Program-made: the position numbers and the translations under genes
Notes under the pieces: generated by a model
What the model saw: only the letters and a program-made list of their open reading frames with translations
What the model was told of the DNA's origin: nothing
Databases searched by the model: none
Shown here: piece by piece, positions 7,370 to 11,526 of the stretch
Position numbering within the stretch: position 1 is the first letter of the stretch
Layout of the letters: every line of letters starts with the position of its first letter
DNA from: a virus
Taxonomy: Duplodnaviria; Heunggongvirae; Uroviricota; Caudoviricetes
IMG/VR virus record: IMGVR_UViG_2537561670_000005
DNA: 11,526 nucleotides
Strand: one strand, 5' to 3'

Positions 7370-7576
7370 ATGGCTGAAGAGAAAAAAGGCGGTGTTTCGG
7401 TGTACATAAGCCCCGACATCGTGAAGGCGCTCAAGGAACGCCACCAGCAGAACGTAAAAGCAGGCATTGCGGCAGGACTTGATCCGCTGGCGATGGTTGA
7501 GCCGTCAACAGGCTGGCAGGTACGCTCCTATTTACGCGCGGCGCTGGGCATAAATCAGACTCATGGGGGTGAATAA
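7370..7576 (+). CDS. Small protein (68 aa), possibly ribbon-helix-helix-like; first gene of the capsid operon
   Basis: ATG at 7370 with GAGGA RBS at 7355-7359; stop overlaps the capsid gene start (TAATG). GGVSVYISPDIVKALKERHQQ resembles a CopG/Arc-type strand-helix motif; assignment tentative. Confidence 0.55.
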   Translation: MAEEKKGGVSVYISPDIVKALKERHQQNVKAGIAAGLDPLAMVEPSTGWQVRSYLRAALGINQTHGGE

Positions 7577-8631
7577 TGGCAGTCAAAGCAATGGCACTTA
7601 ACACACACCAGCTTTTCGCGTACCTGAATCGCGAGGATATTGCGGAATTTAAATTTAGTCCGCTGTTTACCGCGCTGTTTTTCCCGAACGTGGCGACATT
7701 CAACACGCAAAACATCATGCTGGATACCCTGGACATTGAAGAAGTCACCATGTCGGCGTTTTGTTCGCCTATGGTGGGTAGCCAGGTTCAGCGCGATAAA
7801 GGGTACGAAACCAGCACGATTAAACCTGGCTACATGAAGCCAAAGCACGAAATCGATCCAACGAAAACCATCATGCGCATGGCTGGAGAAGATCCGGCAC
7901 AGCTTAACGACCCTACCTATCGCCGTATGCGCCTGATTACTGGCAATATGCGCCGCCAGATAAACGCCATAAAAGCGCGCGTGGAATGGCTGGCGGTAAA
8001 TGCGGTAACGACCGGAAAAAACATCATTGAGGGCGAAGGCATAGAGCGCTATGAAATCGACTGGAAGATACCGGAAAAAAACATCATAGAGCAGGCCGAC
8101 GGGAAAAAATGGTCAGAGCAGGACAAAGAAACCCACGATCCAATCTATGATATCGAACTATACGCCGATCAGGCTGGTTGCCCCGCAAACGTCATGATTA
8201 TGGGCGTTGAGGTATGGCGAACGTTACGCAGCTTTAAAAAATTCCGTGAGCTGTACGATCTTTCCCGTGGTTCAGAGTCCGCCGCAGAGCTGGCCTGTAA
8301 AAACCTGGGCGAAGTGGTGAGCTTTAAAGGCTATCTGGGCGATATTGCCCTTATCGTCTATTCCGGCAAATACACTGACAGCGACGGCACAGAAAAATAT
8401 TTCCTTGATCCTGATTTGCTGGTCCTGGGCAACACCAACAACAAAGGGCTGGTGGCCTATGGTGCGATTATGGATCAGGAAGCGGTAAGAACAGGCGCAA
8501 CGCAAAACATGTACTACCCGAAAAACTGGATTGAGGACGGCGATCCGGCGATTGAGTACGTGCAGACGCACAGCGCACCGCAGCCGGTTCCGGCAGATAT
8601 TCGCAAATTTGTTACCGTCAAAATTGCTTAA
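7576..8631 (+). CDS. Major capsid protein, lambda gpE-like
   Basis: 351-aa ORF alignable along its length to recalled lambda gpE (341 aa): FKFSPLF..LFF, KPGYMKPKHE, DP.YRR.R.I..NMR, W...DK.T.DP..DIE.YA, FRSFK, SYKG..GD.A..VYSG.Y, VLGNT...GL..YG, YPKNW...GDPA.E....SAP. Confidence 0.93.
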   Translation: MAVKAMALNTHQLFAYLNREDIAEFKFSPLFTALFFPNVATFNTQNIMLDTLDIEEVTMSAFCSPMVGSQVQRDKGYETSTIKPGYMKPKHEIDPTKTIMRMAGEDPAQLNDPTYRRMRLITGNMRRQINAIKARVEWLAVNAVTTGKNIIEGEGIERYEIDWKIPEKNIIEQADGKKWSEQDKETHDPIYDIELYADQAGCPANVMIMGVEVWRTLRSFKKFRELYDLSRGSESAAELACKNLGEVVSFKGYLGDIALIVYSGKYTDSDGTEKYFLDPDLLVLGNTNNKGLVAYGAIMDQEAVRTGATQNMYYPKNWIEDGDPAIEYVQTHSAPQPVPADIRKFVTVKIA

Positions 8632-8642
8632 CGGGGGATTCT

Positions 8643-8978
8643 ATGGACACTCCATACATTGAGTTATTTGCAGGCAGTCAGCAGGTATCCACGACGCTGG
8701 TACATTTTGCCGCTGATGCTGGCGTTATTCAGGAATTTACCCCGCTGATGCTGGCGGACAATGGCGAGTTTAAGCCGTGGGATGGTCAGGAATCTGGCAA
8801 GGCTGTTTATCTGACTTCGTACCTCGTGGACACGTCAAAGCAGAAATCAGCACAGTGTTACAAGACGGGGATATTCAATATTGCCGCCGTTAACTGGCCT
8901 GAGAGCGTCGACACCGATGCGAAAAAATGCGCCGCCTTTGCGGGTTCTGGCGTATCCGTTCAGCCGCTGGCCCGATAA
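8643..8978 (+). CDS. Head decoration protein, lambda gpD-like
   Basis: 111-aa ORF, GGGGGA RBS; aligns with recalled lambda gpD (110 aa): TPLMLD/TPLMLA, WDG, YKSG.F/YKTGIF, WPE, KK..AFAG..(I/V)S. Confidence 0.82.
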   Translation: MDTPYIELFAGSQQVSTTLVHFAADAGVIQEFTPLMLADNGEFKPWDGQESGKAVYLTSYLVDTSKQKSAQCYKTGIFNIAAVNWPESVDTDAKKCAAFAGSGVSVQPLAR

Positions 8979-8990
8979 GCAGGGGGAACG

Positions 8991-9404
8991 ATGGCAACGA
9001 ATGAAAGCATCATGGCGCTACCGCTGGCGAGTAAATTTAAAGCCGAAGCGCGGGCAATGGCTGACAGAGGTTTATCAACCTACGAGGCCGTATATCAACT
9101 CAACAAACTGGAAGAGCAGGACAAGCCGCGCGCTGATGCGATTATGGCGCTTCATGAGCATAAAGACTATCAGCCGCTGTTGCGTGCAATGGCAAACGTG
9201 CCTTGTATCGATGTTGATACGGCTAAAAACATCCTGAACATGACCATAGAGCAGGAACGCCCGAAGGTTGCACCAGAGCTTACCGCAGCCTTTGAAAACT
9301 TTATGGACATGCACAGCCCACAAACCGTATCAGCTGGCATGGCATACGATGGCAGAAACCCAGGCGATGACGGCGACATCGATCGCATACTGAAAACCAT
9401 CTGA
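8991..9404 (+). CDS. Hypothetical acidic protein (137 aa), last gene of the capsid operon; candidate scaffold/assembly factor
   Basis: ATG at 8991 with AGGGGGA RBS at 8981-8987; followed by a terminator; no recognisable family. Confidence 0.62.
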   Translation: MATNESIMALPLASKFKAEARAMADRGLSTYEAVYQLNKLEEQDKPRADAIMALHEHKDYQPLLRAMANVPCIDVDTAKNILNMTIEQERPKVAPELTAAFENFMDMHSPQTVSAGMAYDGRNPGDDGDIDRILKTI

Positions 9405-9410
9405 GACAAG

Positions 9411-9432
9411 GCCGGAGAAATCCGGCTTTTTT
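9411..9432 (+). terminator. Rho-independent terminator after the capsid operon
   Basis: GCCGGA-gaaa-TCCGGC hairpin followed by TTTTTT; near-identical to the terminator at 6971-6992. Confidence 0.75.
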
Positions 9433-9510
9433 GCGGGTCCTTCCTGGAATTATGGCCCGTTACGGGGCGGCGACCTCGCGGTTTTTCGCTATTTATGAGC
9501 TTTTTCAGGG
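9433..9510 (+). other. Lambda-type cos site 2 (cosQ + cosN, plus orientation, cosB truncated)
   Basis: gcgggtccttcctgg ... ttacGGGCGGCGACCTcgcggtttttcgctatttatgag matches the recalled lambda right-end/left-end junction (cgggtcctttccgg...ttacg|GGGCGGCGACCTcgcgggttttcgctatttatgaaaa); the 12-nt cohesive-end sequence is at 9465-9476. Downstream sequence diverges from lambda R sites. Confidence 0.8.
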
Positions 9511-9609
9511 GGGTGGTGGTGGTTTTGTTGTTTGCTCTATCTTTATGAATGAAAAGGGAAAGATGCAAACAATACACCAACCTGAAGCAGTAATTAAGTT
9601 GGTGTATTA

Positions 9610-10152
9610 ATGAAATCGCACCTGATGAACAAAAAAAACATGGCGAAAAGCTGCCGTGTAAGTGCGACAGCGTTCGACAAGTGGGGAGTGACTCCCGTTG
9701 AACGTAAAGGCCGTGAGGCGTTTTACGATGTTGCCAGCGTGATAGACAATAGGGTTAACAATGCAATTAGCCAGCTTACAAACGACAAAGGCGATATTGA
9801 TGATGATGAACTCTTACGAGTCAGGATCAGATTACTGACAGCACAGGCGGAGGCGCAGGAACTTAAAAACGAGCGCGATCGCGGTGACGTGATTGATACT
9901 GAGTTTTGCCTGTACGCGCTTTCAAAGCTGGCGAGTCAGATTTCATCAATCATGGACAGCCTCCCGCTTACTATGCAAAGGAGCTTCCCACAGATTACCC
10001 CCGCCATGCTGGATAGGCTTAAAAGGGAAGTGGTTAAAGCCTGTAATGCCAGTGCCAGAGTTGCCGACAACCTCCCACAGATACTGGCTGATTACTTGAA
10101 AGAAACAACCGGAAACGTACCGGAAAAGTTGCTACAGAAGAAAGGCGAGTAA
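9610..10152 (+). CDS. Terminase small subunit, lambda Nu1-like (start uncertain: 9610, 9625 or 9640)
   Basis: 180-aa ORF; strong similarity to recalled lambda Nu1: LTAQAEAQELKNERDRGDVIDTEFCLYALSKLASQISSIMDSLPLTMQRSFP vs RLTRAQADAQELKNARDSAEVVETAFCTFVLSRIAGEIASILDGLPLSVQRRFP; the N-terminus MNKKNMAK... (from 9625) parallels MEVNKKQLA..., and FYDVASVI parallels LYDSAAVI. Weak RBS at all candidate starts. Confidence 0.9.
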   Translation: MKSHLMNKKNMAKSCRVSATAFDKWGVTPVERKGREAFYDVASVIDNRVNNAISQLTNDKGDIDDDELLRVRIRLLTAQAEAQELKNERDRGDVIDTEFCLYALSKLASQISSIMDSLPLTMQRSFPQITPAMLDRLKREVVKACNASARVADNLPQILADYLKETTGNVPEKLLQKKGE

Positions 10153-10169
10153 CAGACGCGCAATTATTG

Positions 10170-10378
10170 AACAAAACTGAGAAACGACATGAAAGCGTCA
10201 TAAATCGCCATTTTAGATGATTACCGTGTCGTTTCTTTTTATTGTGTATCTATTTAAAAACAAATAGTTATGTTCGAGAAGTACCGACATGCTTTTTCCA
10301 GAAAAATTTTCATAAACAGATAAAAACCGCGAGGTCGCCGCCCCGTAACGGGTCCATAATTCCAGGAAGGACCCGACG
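10170..10378 (-). other. Lambda-type cos site 3 (cosQ + cosN + cosB-like R elements), minus orientation
   Basis: The reverse complement reads cgggtccttcctggaattatggacccgttacGGGCGGCGACCTcgcggtttttatctgtttatgaaaatttttctgg...ataactatttgtttttaaatag...aaaagaaacgacacgg...tgtcgtttctcagttttg, colinear with recalled lambda cosQ-cosN-cosB (tttatgaaaattttccgg, ataacttaatgtttttatttaaaa, aaaggaaacgacagg, tgtcgtttcctttctctgtttttg). Confidence 0.8.
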
Positions 10379-10408
10379 ACACCAGACAATCAGAACGATG
10401 GGTGCACA

Positions 10409-10690
10409 ATGACAGAAGCCGAAATACTGGGATTAATCCGCCGTGCTGGTGGAATCAGCCAGCAGACTGACGAACAGGCCACGCAGCCGGACAGCGTGAC
10501 AGCCGAAAATTATGCGCGTGTTGTTGCTGAGGTGATGCGCCGTGATGGTATCCAGCTTAATGATGTGGATATGCGCAACATACGGATCCGCGTTCTTGAA
10601 ATGCTGGCCTACAATCGCCGCGTGGCACTGTATCGGGAAACGGAGAAAATTACATACCACTGGAAGAAGCCGGAGCGGTTGCGGCGGTAA
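10409..10690 (+). CDS. Hypothetical protein (93 aa) between inverted cos site 3 and the terminal repeat array
   Basis: ATG at 10409 with weak RBS; basic C-terminus; no recognisable family. Confidence 0.5.
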   Translation: MTEAEILGLIRRAGGISQQTDEQATQPDSVTAENYARVVAEVMRRDGIQLNDVDMRNIRIRVLEMLAYNRRVALYRETEKITYHWKKPERLRR

Positions 10691-10863
10691 CTGGTTGATA
10701 TTTTCGAAATTCGCCAGCGGCGAACATCGGGGAAACCAGCCTAACCCGTTGATATTTTCGGGAACCTCAAATTGAGGAGGTCGGAAACATAACCCGTCAT
10801 ATTCTGGATGCTGATAATTACCACGCAGCCCATTAAGGCCTAACCCGTTGATTCTTTCGGAAA
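10688..10863 (+). repeat. Array of four ~21-bp direct repeats (consensus TAACCCGTTGATATTTTCGG) at ~50-bp spacing
   Basis: taactggttgatattttcgaaa (10688-10709), taacccgttgatattttcgggaa (10742-10764), taacccgtcatattctggatg (10790-10810), taacccgttgattctttcggaaa (10841-10863); a palindrome CCTCAA-a-TTGAGG lies at 10765-10777. Confidence 0.7.
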
Positions 10864-11283
10864 CAGCCATTGGCGTAATCCGGCGCGGTAACTTGCTGAA
10901 CTTAAAGCAAAGCGCAAAATTGCGCTGGCTGGTGGGCATGATGCCGATATGGTGATCCCCATAACGGAAATATCCACCAGCACGGCAACGGCAGAATAGC
11001 CACAACACAGAAAAACCACGAATATGGGGTTTTTGTTATGGCATGGGCATGATGACCGCCCCTGCTCTGAATGGTGGAAATCACCACGCAGATCATCCAC
11101 CAGCTTCGTTTTTATAAATTAAACATCCGGGAAAATCCGACCCTGAATTGTGCATTTTTTCAGCAAATCATTTTAGTTATACGTTTGGTTATACGGTTTA
11201 AAAGTTGAATCATATACATTATTTTAAATCATGAAGTTACACGCTCAATTAAACTACTCTCGTGGACCAAAAATCCCAAGAAA

Positions 11284-11310
11284 ACCAACCTATTGCGGTT
11301 GGTTTTTTTA
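11284..11310. terminator. Intrinsic terminator-like hairpin near the right junction (probably bidirectional)
   Basis: AACCAACC-tattgc-GGTTGGTT followed by a T-run on the plus strand and preceded by AAAA (a T-run on the minus strand); lies between the element and the convergent flanking gene. Confidence 0.5.
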
Positions 11311-11370
11311 TATCTGCATTTAATTCGATAAACAGACAGCGACACATCACGGCCTGTTTATTTTCTGTTA

Positions 11371-11526
11371 TCAGAACGTCCAGACTACACCCGCCTGAGT
11401 TGTGCTGCTTTCTTCACGGGAGAAACGGCTGTCGATACCAAGCGTTAGCCCCGTCAATGTTTGCTCAAAGCCAGCGCCTGCATCAGTGGTCACGTTGTTG
11501 CGGCTGTTAATTGCCGAACTCCACAT
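11371..11526 (-). CDS. 3' end of a flanking chromosomal gene (partial, continues beyond window); C-terminus ...GIDSRFSREESSTTQAGVVWTF suggests an outer-membrane beta-barrel-type protein
   Basis: Minus-strand frame open from the window edge to TGA at 11373-11371 (51 codons); the terminal aromatic residue (…VVWTF) is a common feature of OMP C-termini. Not in the ORF track because it is under 60 aa and truncated. Confidence 0.35.
   Translation of the reverse strand: MWSSAINSRNNVTTDAGAGFEQTLTGLTLGIDSRFSREESSTTQAGVVWTF

Noticed and set aside
10688-10863. Possible mini CRISPR array (repeat ~21 bp, spacers ~25-32 bp)
   Set aside because: Repeats are short and degenerate (the third copy is markedly diverged), only four units, and no leader or cas genes; more consistent with protein-binding direct repeats.
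10433-11100. Minus-strand ORFs of 191, 86 and 64 aa across the terminal repeat region
   Set aside because: Trp/Cys/Arg/His-rich translations with no RBS, overlapping the direct-repeat array and the 93-aa plus-strand ORF; most likely non-coding.
11262-11510. 82-aa plus-strand ORF at the right edge
   Set aside because: Cys/Arg-rich junk-like translation spanning an intrinsic terminator; the opposite-strand frame ending ...VVWTF looks far more protein-like.
1-11526. Classical P4 late genes (sid, delta, psu) or a hotspot defence cassette
   Set aside because: No ORF of suitable size or character is present; the only large ORFs are integrase, primase-helicase and the gpE-like capsid protein, so the element is not a canonical P4-like satellite despite the P4-type integrase and primase.

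Overview
The window reads as one nearly complete, compact (~11.2 kb) integrated phage satellite / PICI-like island from an enterobacterial-type genome, running from a P4-type tyrosine integrase at position 1 to the 3' end of a convergent chromosomal gene at the right edge. Left to right: int; a possible small ORF plus terminator; an AlpA-family regulator; a divergently transcribed ribbon-helix-helix regulator; a palindrome-rich divergent control region; an early operon of six translationally coupled small ORFs (66-99 aa, none recognisable except a possible Icd-like protein) ending in a P4-family primase-helicase; an iteron-type origin; a 92-aa ORF coupled to a short SSB; then a reduced lambda-type head/packaging module holding only a gpE-like major capsid protein, a gpD-like decoration protein, two small flanking ORFs and a Nu1-like small terminase. 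No portal, protease, large terminase or tail genes are present, so the element must depend on a lambdoid helper. The most unusual feature is the cos architecture: three cos-derived segments, including two near-identical lambda-type cosQ/cosN copies in inverted orientation flanking the terS gene, with the lambda-like cosB attached to the inverted copy. The right end carries four ~21-bp direct repeats at ~50-bp spacing. All homology statements rest on recalled reference sequences (lambda E, D, Nu1, cos; E. coli SSB) and motif reading, not on database searches.
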